Source: a virus
Direction: 5' to 3' (one strand)
Length of the DNA stretch: 37,124 nucleotides
IMG/VR virus record: IMGVR_UViG_3300021962_000013
Positions within the stretch are counted from its first letter, which is position 1, and each line of letters starts with the position of its first letter. The notes under the pieces are model-generated. The model saw only the letters and a program-made list of their open reading frames with translations. It searched no databases and was not told the DNA's origin. Positions 17,668 through 26,843 of this stretch are shown here, one piece after another. The position numbers and the translations under genes were made by a program.

Positions 17668-19077
17668 ATGGCTGACGCAATCGATAACTTGGTCAATGAC
17701 CTAAATCAGGCCAACGCTGTAGATGAATTCCCCGGATATCCTGGATACAAGATGGGGGACTTGGTTCCTAATACGGGAGGAATTAGGGTTGGTGACGTTT
17801 TTTACGGCTATGATGCGTATGGCCAAGAAGCTCCGTACAACTGGAGAACGGGAGCCTTTGAGTTTCAAGCTGCTCCTCAAGAAATCGATTTCAACATCCG
17901 CGATCAGCCCGTTGAGCGGATCAACATCGGGGTCGGAGATGAGCAGGATGCGTTTGTACCCGGAGGCGTGTACACGCCGGGAAATCAACAGCAGTACATA
18001 ACGGGCGGGAATGTATTGGTTCCACCCGGAAATCTTGGCGGCACAGTCGGAGTGGTTGGCGTAAACCCGGCTGACTTTGCAGGCCAAACTCCATCTTCAG
18101 TTCCAGAAGGAATCACAAGCGGTGGTGGAAATGTTGGCAGGACTTTTGAAGACTTTACGCAAAAGCCCGATTACAGCGTTCCAATTGGGTTCATGGATAA
18201 TGGCGACATTATCATGGCCAACAAAAACAACATCAGGGACACCGTCGTCGTCCCAAGCGGCAGGACTATTTCTGAGTCTGAACTTGAAAAGGGCGTTTTA
18301 CCAAACCTAACGATACCCAAAAATTGGAATGAGGGAATCAACACTGCTCTCGCTCCCTCCCAGAAAACGCCGACTTCTGTAGGTGCGTATGATCCTTCAA
18401 CCCTTAGCGAGGGTGGTTTCGACATGGGTAGCGAAGGAGCATTGGATCTTCCTAGTGGCGGCGGCGGAACGAAGACAGGAGCGATTGATATCACCCCTGA
18501 CTGGAAGGAAGAGGCTGAGGAAAAAGCAACTCCCCCGTATTCGGTTGTTGATCCGACTGCTGTTCCAAAAGGAAACCCATACGTTGATCCAAGGACTGGA
18601 GTTGAATTCCCTGCTGATCAAGATGGAAACAGGTGGAATTTCATCAAAGGAGAGTGGGACATGGCAAAGCCTCCGGGTAAAGACACCGGAACAACGACCA
18701 CCCCTCCTGCCGGTGGTGGAACCGGAACGGGTACTGGGACCAAGCCTCCCACTGGTGGCGGTACAGGAACCGGGACCGGAACCGGCGCAAGTGGTCGCCC
18801 AGTAACCGGCGGTGGATACATACGCCCTAATCCCGTCCAAATCACAGGCGGCACACCCTTCGGAGCGAATCAACAGGTCATCCCAACCAAACCCCTGCGC
18901 CAGGTTCCACTTCCCGATCGACAGGCTGACCCATTCGAGAAACTCTACGCCGACCTGTTGGCCAACTCCCAACAGCAGAACCAGTACCGATACATCAACT
19001 ACGACCCCGATGCCATTATGAACGCTGCCATGAGGAGCTTCAGAAGCAGAGGGGCAATGCGTTCGCTGCAAGGTTAA
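17668..19077 (+). CDS. Virion protein candidate (469 aa) with a Gly/Thr tandem-repeat linker
   Basis: ORF track; CTGATATATG junction. Contains the (GGGTGTGTGT)x2 tract. Confidence 0.55.
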   Translation: MADAIDNLVNDLNQANAVDEFPGYPGYKMGDLVPNTGGIRVGDVFYGYDAYGQEAPYNWRTGAFEFQAAPQEIDFNIRDQPVERINIGVGDEQDAFVPGGVYTPGNQQQYITGGNVLVPPGNLGGTVGVVGVNPADFAGQTPSSVPEGITSGGGNVGRTFEDFTQKPDYSVPIGFMDNGDIIMANKNNIRDTVVVPSGRTISESELEKGVLPNLTIPKNWNEGINTALAPSQKTPTSVGAYDPSTLSEGGFDMGSEGALDLPSGGGGTKTGAIDITPDWKEEAEEKATPPYSVVDPTAVPKGNPYVDPRTGVEFPADQDGNRWNFIKGEWDMAKPPGKDTGTTTTPPAGGGTGTGTGTKPPTGGGTGTGTGTGASGRPVTGGGYIRPNPVQITGGTPFGANQQVIPTKPLRQVPLPDRQADPFEKLYADLLANSQQQNQYRYINYDPDAIMNAAMRSFRSRGAMRSLQG

Positions 19078-19088
19078 TTTAACATCTT

Positions 19089-20441
19089 ATGGCTACTCCA
19101 GACGAAATTAGGGAAAAACTTAGGAAACAGGCTGAGCAACGGGTTAACCCCCTAATGCGCGGTCTTTCTCTGCTTACCGGCGGATTGGCCGGCGAGTTCA
19201 CTGGAACCAACGAGAGCATCCGAAACCGTGAGTTGGCAAGGCGATCTTTGATGGCTGAAGAGGTAGCTGCATTGGAAGATCAAAGAATCCTTGAAAGAGC
19301 CAGAATTACGAGAGAAGAAGAGTTGAAGCGTCGCATTGCAGAGAAAGCTGCCGAGGATGAAGCGCGGCTTCTTGAGGAAACCCGCAAAGCGCGAGGAGCT
19401 GCGATGGCTCTCAAGGGCGAAGACATGGTTGGCCCACTTGATCCAGCGACAATGGCTGGAATGGCTGGCGCAAAGGCGGCTCAAGCAAGGGCTCAAGCTG
19501 AGCGTATAAACGCTCTCAAGGGACGAGAGACAGAAATGCGTGGTTATCTGGCTGGTCGCGGGGTTCAACTTGGAGAGCCAGATGTTGAGACTGTTGCTTT
19601 TCTCGAAGCTCAGGAAAGATCAAAGGAGGCTCTCAAGAAAGAGCAGGATACCAAGATGCAACTTATAACTCCTAGCGGTTCAGTTGTGTATGGAAGTTAC
19701 GATGAGCTTGCAAAGAAGTATCCGAAGCTAATTGAAAATATTTCAGTTGCGAAAACAAAGGATTCTAAACCTTTGGATGTGAGCTTTAGGGAGGCAGATG
19801 GAGAGTATGTGTTTAATTTCGGACCTGGTGTTTCACCAGAAGCAGCTGCTCAGTATAAGAAGGATGTTTATAAAGCGTTTGGTACTCCCAAGAAAGACGA
19901 CCTAAGTGGTGAAGGTGCTGGTGGCGAAGGTACCAAGACGTTTCCAAAAGGGCCTGGTCGTGAAAAAGGGGAACCGATGGTTGGAAGAAATGATGGAAAA
20001 GTAAGATCACCAGGACCAGAATCAACAAGCAAACCTAAGTCTGAAGCCGCTGCTTCTGTTATGGCTGAGATGTACGGACCACTCAGCCCAAGTGAACAAT
20101 TCACTAAAACCGGAAGACAATTAAAAGCCCTTGAGGGACGAGGAGGAACATATACATATGGAGCCTCGCAAACTCTAACAGATCCATTTTATGAATCTGT
20201 CGCTTCTGAACTTGGAACCAAGCCTCAACGTATCGGCCAAGAAAGCGTTTTGGTTAAAGGTGCTAAATCAGTTATCGCCAATGAGTTTCCAACTGAACAA
20301 TGGAATAGTCTTCCTCAAGAGGTTAAGAATCGCATATATATTGAAGCGTTAAATAAATCAGCCGCTGAAATGTCAAAGCCTCAAACCAGTAGGGGTTATA
20401 ACAGATCACCTTTTGCTGATATATCTTATCAAAGAGATTAA
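19089..20441 (+). CDS. Virion protein candidate (450 aa), charged coiled-coil N-terminal half
   Basis: ORF track. The coding DNA is AT-rich. Confidence 0.55.
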   Translation: MATPDEIREKLRKQAEQRVNPLMRGLSLLTGGLAGEFTGTNESIRNRELARRSLMAEEVAALEDQRILERARITREEELKRRIAEKAAEDEARLLEETRKARGAAMALKGEDMVGPLDPATMAGMAGAKAAQARAQAERINALKGRETEMRGYLAGRGVQLGEPDVETVAFLEAQERSKEALKKEQDTKMQLITPSGSVVYGSYDELAKKYPKLIENISVAKTKDSKPLDVSFREADGEYVFNFGPGVSPEAAAQYKKDVYKAFGTPKKDDLSGEGAGGEGTKTFPKGPGREKGEPMVGRNDGKVRSPGPESTSKPKSEAAASVMAEMYGPLSPSEQFTKTGRQLKALEGRGGTYTYGASQTLTDPFYESVASELGTKPQRIGQESVLVKGAKSVIANEFPTEQWNSLPQEVKNRIYIEALNKSAAEMSKPQTSRGYNRSPFADISYQRD

Positions 20442-20452
20442 ACTATAAGGCT

Positions 20453-23400
20453 ATGACAAAGAACCAGCGTGATTGGTTGATCGAAAACAACCTTGATCCA
20501 GAGGTCTATGACATAGATGCGGAAGGGAATGTCTTTGAGAACCCAATCATGGGTAAGACTGAGGCTGGTTTGCGCTCAGCCGCGGCCAGCACAGTTCCTT
20601 CTCTGGCTGCTATTCCTGCTGCGATGGCCGCTGGTGAGGGTGGAGCTTTGCTTGGCGCACCGCTTGGCCCTGTCGGAAGTCTTGTCGTTGGAGGTTTGAG
20701 CGCGTTGGCCGGAGGTGCTGCGGCGGCTTACGCTACCAGCAAAGGTCAGGAGGCACTGCTTGAGAAATACTCCCCTGAGACGCTTCAGAAGCTGTCTCAA
20801 GCTCAGGAAGAGCAGCCTGTCGCTTCGTACATTGGTGGCTTTGCTCCCACCGCGCTAACCGCTCGCCCTTCTTTGAAGGGTCTCAGCGAACTCGCCAGGC
20901 CACTGACTCGTCAGGCCACATTACGCGAAGCGATCACCAAGCCTGCATTCATTGATCCTGCCATGAATGTGGCGGCGAACGTCGCTCAATCCACCGGTCA
21001 ACAGATCGCTGAGGTTACGCAAGGTGGAGAGTTCTCTGGTGGCCAACTCGCAGCAGACATCGCGCTCGGTACGCTCTTCAATCGCCCCACTCGATTGGGC
21101 CGCAAGCTCGGTATGGCCGAGGGACCGCAAGAAGGTCCGGTTCAGAATCTGGATCTGGAGAATGCTAGATTCATGGCTCAAGCCCCAGAGGAGTTTACCA
21201 CACCTCGGGCTGAGCGTGGGCCTCAGAATATTGAAAGACCTGGAGTTAATATTGGTCTTGAAGCTCCTGATCAATACTTTACGGCTGAAGGTAAACGGAT
21301 GACAGAAAAGGCTATGGAGAAAGACTACACCAACTGGTGGAAGTCTGAGACCGAGCCTACCGAGACGCTGATCAGAGAAGCGGCTAATAGTGTTAAGGTT
21401 AAGATACCGAAGGATAGGATTCAGCAGTTGGCCAACGATCCTGATGTCGCTCGCGTAATCAATGATCCAACCACACTGCCAGAGTTTATCTCAAAGCAAT
21501 ATCAAGAAGGGCTTCAAGATGCTTATGATAATATTTTAAATATAAACAAGATATCTAAGCGCATGGTGTCTGGTCTTGCTCAAGAACAAGTTGCTGAAAT
21601 AAAACGAGCGCAAGCAAGACAACGTGAAGCTCAACGTCTTGGGATTAAAGATATACCCCCTGAGACCCCTGAAATGCAGGCAAAGATGCGTGAATATGAA
21701 CTTCGCCAAACGCCTGAATATTTAGGTCAAGCAATTGGAGCTGCACGGGAAAGGTCTGCTGCATTTACTCCAGAAGGTGGAGTTCGAGTGGCTCCTGAAA
21801 AATGGGGGGCTGCATTGACTGAAAAAGAACGGCTAAAAGCAGCTCTTGGAGCCGAGCAGTATCTTGAACAGGCTAAGCAAACTGGAAGCGCAAAGGCGAT
21901 TAAAACTGCACAAGATATTTACGACAACCTGTATAGTCGTCTCCAACGCCAGGGTGAAGGAGCGAAGATCACTCAAGCTGACATCGATGCAGCCGCCAAG
22001 ATCGCTGCTCGACGTAACCTGACCATCGAGCTGGATCGTCCGTTTGCGGGTTCCACAGAAGTCCGCGGCATGTACCTGTCGGATCCAAAGACCGGCAACC
22101 GTATCGTCCGCGTCAACCCGCTCATGGCTACCGCGGACACGGCCATCCATGAAATCGGTCACGATGTGTTTCAGGGTGTCACGAACCCGTCGATGCGGAA
22201 GTCTCTGCTCGAATCCGCTCAAGATACCCCCGCCTACAAGAGCGAGCTTTTGGCCCGCAGTGCTGAGGTCCAAGAAGGAAGGCTCACTCCAAAGCAAGCC
22301 CAAGAGATTGCTCTCGAAGAGGGACTCATTCAGGCGTTTGGCGAGCAGATTCCAAACATCAAGCGCAGTGATATCCGCTCTTGGTTCTACGCCTTCAAGG
22401 CTTCTACCAAGCAGTTGCTGACTGGCAAGGTATCGCCCGAGGATGCCATCGCGTGGATGCACTATGCGACCACCGAGTCCGTTCCTTGGAAGGGAGTGAC
22501 TGCGCCAAAAGCGACTGAGGAGCGGACGCAGAGGGGTGATCAACCTCAAACTATTTCAGAGCGCAGAGCTGCTGCCTTTGAAAGGTTCAAGGAATCAGTT
22601 CCAGGGTCTCAAGCGGAGATGATGGAGAGTGGGCGAATCTTTTCTCCAGATGTCAGATCGCAACTTGAAGCTCTTCAAGCTGGTGGAACACTCGACAGGG
22701 AAGCGTTGCAGGCTGCAATCAATCGGGATATCCCGGTCAGGAAAGTTCCTGAGTTTTCATCGCAAGCACTTCCAAACTTCCAGACAATTCGAGACTCGCT
22801 CAGTGATCCAAGGAAAAAAGCCAATGTCGGAAAGCTGAGTGAAATACCCGCTGGATCTGAAATGACACTCAGGCAGGACGTTCCTGCTATGACTGATTTT
22901 GGTATCGGCGTTGTAACTGGAACCAGCGGAGACAAAACCACATACGAGCCGTTCATTCGTGTTAGGAACATCAAAATGGTTCCCACGAAAGGAATGGAAA
23001 CTCAGTCACTTAAGATAGGTGCTGGTGCCGCAAAGAACCCAGCAATTGTCGCAAAGGGGACAAAGCACGAATCGCAAACAATCCCAAGCGACATAAACAC
23101 TTGGACCCAAGTCGGGTTTAATCCTGACAGGCACTCTTACTTTTATGATCGAGCCGATGGAGTGACTCCTGTTGTCGGAGGTGATGAAGCCGTTCAGATT
23201 GGAAATACGGTTTTCGTCAAAAACGCACAAAGAGGAGATCCAACTGCTTTTCGCTTTCAACGTCCTGAAGAGCAGAAGACCCGAGCGTTTGCAGGCCGCG
23301 TTGCCGAGGCTGAACAGCTTCCCACCGAGGTCCGTGAGACGGTAGGCCAGTCTCCTGAAGCTCAGTACACTCAGCAGAATGTGGGCGAGGTGGTCGATCG

Positions 23401-25837
23401 CGCATCGTCCATGTCGCTCTCTCAGCTCAATGCTGATCTGGCGGATACCTCGTCGAACACCAGGGTTGCTTCCGGCATGGAGATCTTTGGACGGCAGATC
23501 CGTTCAGGTGACATGGCTGGCGCAAGCAGCACCGCACTGGCTCTTGCGAAAAGCGGAACCAGTTGGGGTCAGCTCATCAACCAGTTCAAGCTACTCAACT
23601 CCTCCACTCCGGAGGGATTGGTCCTGCTGGTGCAGAATTCGTTGGCCAACAGGAATCGCAAGCCAATGACAGCGGAGCAGTCCAAGATCCTTCTCGACAT
23701 TGGCAGCAAGCTCAAACTCGCCAACGAAGAAGTCCTCACAGCCGGTCGAGTCGCTCGTGATGCGTTCGCTGCCAACGATCTCAACACGATCAATAAGAGT
23801 CTGAAGCAGTTGGACTTGGCCGACGCGAAACGATCTGAGGTCGATGCCATTCTCAATGAGCAGCTCTCGAAGATCAATCCAGCCGACGCCGCGGATCTGT
23901 TCATCTCGATGGTTCAGGGATCGGTCATGGGTCCGATCTCCATTATCCGCAACGTGGTAGGCAACGCGATCAACTACCCACTGCGGGAAATTGGCGACGT
24001 TGGTGCCGCAGCCATCGATGCGACGTTCTCGAAGGACAAGAACAACTCGTTCAACATCCGCGCTCGAACCATTGATCGAATTAACGCGATCTACAAGTCG
24101 CTCCCAGTCGCTATGAAAACCGTTCTTAAGGGTTCCAATGCGATGCCGTATGAACCTGGAACCGACATCGGTAATCCGCTCAACTTCCAACGAGCATGGC
24201 GGCGGATCGCTGAGGACATGGCTGCTGGCAAGATTGGATCCGCGTTGTCTCCTCGGAACCTGACCGAGGCGACGATAGGCATCCTTCCCGACATCATGCT
24301 GCGCCTGACTCAGGCCACTGATATCCCGTTCCGGCAGGCTGAACGCGCTCGCATCATCGGTGAGATCGGTCGAGCGAAGGGACTGTCAGAAGGTCAGATT
24401 CAGATCGCCGTGCGCGATCCCAAGCTCGCGTTCGTGACTGATGCAGAAGCTCAACGTGGTCGCCGTGGATTTACCGAGGATGATCTTGCGACGATCGAGA
24501 CCGAGTCCCTGAAGGCTATCTTCCAGCAGGACAACAAAGCCACCAAGGCTGTGGCCGGAATCAATCGGTTCATAAAGAATGAAATTGGGTCTTCAGCTTA
24601 CATCCCATACCGCCTGATCTCGCTGTTCCAAAAGACCCCGATCAACGTAGCCGCAGAGGCTCTTCAGTTCACGCCTGCCGGGGCTCTAATAAATGATTGG
24701 GGCAAGATGACCACTCGTGAACGCAACATTGCTGCCTCTCGAATTGCCGTTGGAGCAATGGTCACCACAGCGTTCGGTTATCTCTACAGCAAGGGAATCA
24801 TTACCCCAAACCTCGATACGGCTGGTGAGACCAATAAAGCTCGTGAATTGGCCAAAGCTGGTGGCGTCATGCCTCCGGGTACGATCAACCTTTCGGCTCT
24901 TACTCGACTGGTAAACGGTAAGGATCCGAAGTTCCAAGGCGGAGATACCGTGGTCGATCTCTCCTCGCTCGGAACCGCGGGTGCATTGGGCATCATGGCC
25001 GGCACTTCTTTGCGCCAATTGGAGCGGGGCCGCAGCAATGAAGAGATCGCAACCTCGCTGTTCAAAGCAGTACCAACCTCTGGTCTTAACTTCGTGATGG
25101 AGCAGCAGTTTCTCAAGGGAACCAGCGATTTCATCAAGCTCCTCTCTCAGGAATCCACCAACTCGATGGATCGCTGGCTCAAGAGTATGGCGGTCACCGC
25201 GGCGTCTCCTGTGGCTCCAGCCATCCTCGGTGCCGTTCGCCGCGCCGAACGCGATAAGCTCCCTGTAATCGGTGGCCAGAGCTTCATCAAGGACACAGTC
25301 GATGAACTTAACCAGCGATACGCCGCCCTAGGGTTAGCTATCCCTGGTGCAAAGGATCCAAACGCCATGCCGGTGCGCCGGGATCTCTGGGGTTCTGCCG
25401 TGGAGCAGACACCGAAGGGTAGCAACCCTTGGGTGTACCAGTTCTTCAATGCCTGGAAGGCTCGTGACATCGATGCGGATCCGCTCAACACCTCGATCTA
25501 CTCGATCTGGCGAAGGACCGCTGACAACAGCGCAATCCCATCGGTGCCAAGCCCCAGCCTGACTTGGAAGCAGAAGACCTACGATCGGATGTCGCCTGAG
25601 CAGTACGATCGCTACACCGAACTCGTTGGGAATTATCGCCGGCTGCGGGCGGAACAGGAGTTTATGAAATCCCGTTTCCAGCAGGGCGGTGACGAGCGAA
25701 AGCTCAAGCTCCTCCAACGCGCCTATGACGATGGCCTACTCATGGCCAAGAAACAGTTCGTTCGAGAGCTGATCCAGTCGGGCCAAACCCTCACTCCGCT
25801 CGCCGCTCGCCGGGGCTTCCAGCAGCCGTCCGAATAA
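20453..25837 (+). CDS. Giant 1794-aa virion/ejection ('polyvalent'-type) protein with an HEIGH zincin motif
   Basis: Longest ORF and the last gene of the structural block. It has Gly/Ala-rich hydrophobic segments near residues 45-95 and HEIGH at residues 566-570 (nt 22148..22162). Confidence 0.8.
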   Translation: MTKNQRDWLIENNLDPEVYDIDAEGNVFENPIMGKTEAGLRSAAASTVPSLAAIPAAMAAGEGGALLGAPLGPVGSLVVGGLSALAGGAAAAYATSKGQEALLEKYSPETLQKLSQAQEEQPVASYIGGFAPTALTARPSLKGLSELARPLTRQATLREAITKPAFIDPAMNVAANVAQSTGQQIAEVTQGGEFSGGQLAADIALGTLFNRPTRLGRKLGMAEGPQEGPVQNLDLENARFMAQAPEEFTTPRAERGPQNIERPGVNIGLEAPDQYFTAEGKRMTEKAMEKDYTNWWKSETEPTETLIREAANSVKVKIPKDRIQQLANDPDVARVINDPTTLPEFISKQYQEGLQDAYDNILNINKISKRMVSGLAQEQVAEIKRAQARQREAQRLGIKDIPPETPEMQAKMREYELRQTPEYLGQAIGAARERSAAFTPEGGVRVAPEKWGAALTEKERLKAALGAEQYLEQAKQTGSAKAIKTAQDIYDNLYSRLQRQGEGAKITQADIDAAAKIAARRNLTIELDRPFAGSTEVRGMYLSDPKTGNRIVRVNPLMATADTAIHEIGHDVFQGVTNPSMRKSLLESAQDTPAYKSELLARSAEVQEGRLTPKQAQEIALEEGLIQAFGEQIPNIKRSDIRSWFYAFKASTKQLLTGKVSPEDAIAWMHYATTESVPWKGVTAPKATEERTQRGDQPQTISERRAAAFERFKESVPGSQAEMMESGRIFSPDVRSQLEALQAGGTLDREALQAAINRDIPVRKVPEFSSQALPNFQTIRDSLSDPRKKANVGKLSEIPAGSEMTLRQDVPAMTDFGIGVVTGTSGDKTTYEPFIRVRNIKMVPTKGMETQSLKIGAGAAKNPAIVAKGTKHESQTIPSDINTWTQVGFNPDRHSYFYDRADGVTPVVGGDEAVQIGNTVFVKNAQRGDPTAFRFQRPEEQKTRAFAGRVAEAEQLPTEVRETVGQSPEAQYTQQNVGEVVDRASSMSLSQLNADLADTSSNTRVASGMEIFGRQIRSGDMAGASSTALALAKSGTSWGQLINQFKLLNSSTPEGLVLLVQNSLANRNRKPMTAEQSKILLDIGSKLKLANEEVLTAGRVARDAFAANDLNTINKSLKQLDLADAKRSEVDAILNEQLSKINPADAADLFISMVQGSVMGPISIIRNVVGNAINYPLREIGDVGAAAIDATFSKDKNNSFNIRARTIDRINAIYKSLPVAMKTVLKGSNAMPYEPGTDIGNPLNFQRAWRRIAEDMAAGKIGSALSPRNLTEATIGILPDIMLRLTQATDIPFRQAERARIIGEIGRAKGLSEGQIQIAVRDPKLAFVTDAEAQRGRRGFTEDDLATIETESLKAIFQQDNKATKAVAGINRFIKNEIGSSAYIPYRLISLFQKTPINVAAEALQFTPAGALINDWGKMTTRERNIAASRIAVGAMVTTAFGYLYSKGIITPNLDTAGETNKARELAKAGGVMPPGTINLSALTRLVNGKDPKFQGGDTVVDLSSLGTAGALGIMAGTSLRQLERGRSNEEIATSLFKAVPTSGLNFVMEQQFLKGTSDFIKLLSQESTNSMDRWLKSMAVTAASPVAPAILGAVRRAERDKLPVIGGQSFIKDTVDELNQRYAALGLAIPGAKDPNAMPVRRDLWGSAVEQTPKGSNPWVYQFFNAWKARDIDADPLNTSIYSIWRRTADNSAIPSVPSPSLTWKQKTYDRMSPEQYDRYTELVGNYRRLRAEQEFMKSRFQQGGDERKLKLLQRAYDDGLLMAKKQFVRELIQSGQTLTPLAARRGFQQPSE

Positions 25838-25842
25838 AATTC

Positions 25843-25858
25843 GCAAGAATTCTCTTGC
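25843..25858 (+). terminator. Hairpin GCAAGA-attc-TCTTGC followed by ACGTTTT; candidate terminator closing the late block
   Basis: It starts 6 nt after the TAA of the 1794-aa gene. The 6-bp stem is modest. Confidence 0.4.
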
Positions 25859-25890
25859 ACGTTTTGCGGCACGTCTCTACTTTCGACGAC

Positions 25891-26064
25891 GTGAGCGTGA
25901 AACTCCTGACAATCAAAGAGATCGCAACGGCTCTCGGGACTCATCCCGAGACCGTTCGTCGCTGGATCCGGGGAGGTAAGCTACCGGCCATGAAGGCCAC
26001 CAAGCGCACGATCCGTGTCCGCTCCGACGTAATCGAAGAAATGCTACGGCAACAAAATCCATGA
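25891..26064 (+). CDS. Excisionase-family (HTH_17/MerR-like) DNA-binding protein
   Basis: LLTIKEIATALGTHPETVRRWIRGGKLPAMK matches the excisionase-family HTH pattern. The GTG start is at 25891 or 25897 (the ORF track begins at TTG 25855). Confidence 0.7.
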   Translation: MSVKLLTIKEIATALGTHPETVRRWIRGGKLPAMKATKRTIRVRSDVIEEMLRQQNP

Positions 26065-26843
26065 ACGCAATCGCAACGACAACGCAACAGCCATCATCCG
26101 AGATGTACGACAAGATCTCGGACCCCATCACCGCCATCGAAAAGATGGGCGAGTGGATTGCTTCCAGCGGCATGCTGGGATGCACCAAGGTCGAACAAGG
26201 TAAACTCATCGCGTGGCAGTGCGCCGCCGAGAAAAAGACCCCATTCGACTTCAAGCGCGAGTACCACATCATCGGTGGCTCTCTTTCCATGCGCTCCGAT
26301 GCCATGCTCGCCGGATACCGTGCCCGCGGTGGCAAGGTTCTCTGGAAGCAGTTCGATAGCCGCGCCGCCATCGCCCTGTGGACCTACGACGGGAACTCCT
26401 GCGAGATCTCATTTACCACCGAGGATGCCAAGCTCGCTGGCCTGCTCCCCGCCAAACCCGGCTCTGGGTGGGCCAAGGATCCATCTGCTATGCTCCGCGC
26501 TCGGTGCATCAGCAAAGCGGTTCGCATGCTCGCTCCCGAGGTTGTGGCCGGCATCTACACCCCGGAGGAGACCGAGGACTTCCAGCCTGCCATCACCGAG
26601 GTTGCCGCCGCTCCCACCAAGAGCTTCGACATCACCGCCAAGCTCGAGGCCCTGTTCGAGGATCGCGAGGAAGAGGTCAACGCCCTGCTCATCAAGGCCG
26701 GGCGCATTCAGGATGGCCAGACCTTCCGCGATCTCACCGATGCTCATGCCTCCAAGTACATCGCCAAGCCCGACCTGATCCTTGGTAAGCTGGCCGTGAT
26801 CGTCACCCCTGAGATCGCCACCACGGAGGTGACCAATGCTTGA
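26061..26843 (+). CDS. Single-strand annealing protein, RecT-like (putative)
   Basis: 260 aa, overlapping a RecE-type exonuclease gene by 8 nt. GWAKDPSAMLRARCISKAVRMLAPEV resembles the conserved RecT C-terminal region (from memory). Confidence 0.6.
   Translation: MNAIATTTQQPSSEMYDKISDPITAIEKMGEWIASSGMLGCTKVEQGKLIAWQCAAEKKTPFDFKREYHIIGGSLSMRSDAMLAGYRARGGKVLWKQFDSRAAIALWTYDGNSCEISFTTEDAKLAGLLPAKPGSGWAKDPSAMLRARCISKAVRMLAPEVVAGIYTPEETEDFQPAITEVAAAPTKSFDITAKLEALFEDREEEVNALLIKAGRIQDGQTFRDLTDAHASKYIAKPDLILGKLAVIVTPEIATTEVTNA

Noticed and set aside
25891-26064. Excisionase-like gene as evidence for a temperate, integrating lifestyle
   Set aside because: No integrase, attP-like core or repressor was recognisable, and this HTH family is also used for plain transcription regulators.
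26158-26778. 206-aa alternative-frame ORF inside the RecT-like gene (plus 26378..26788 and 26409..26858 minus)
   Set aside because: The translations are P/S/A/R-rich and low in complexity, whereas the annotated frame has recognisable motifs and coupled starts and stops.
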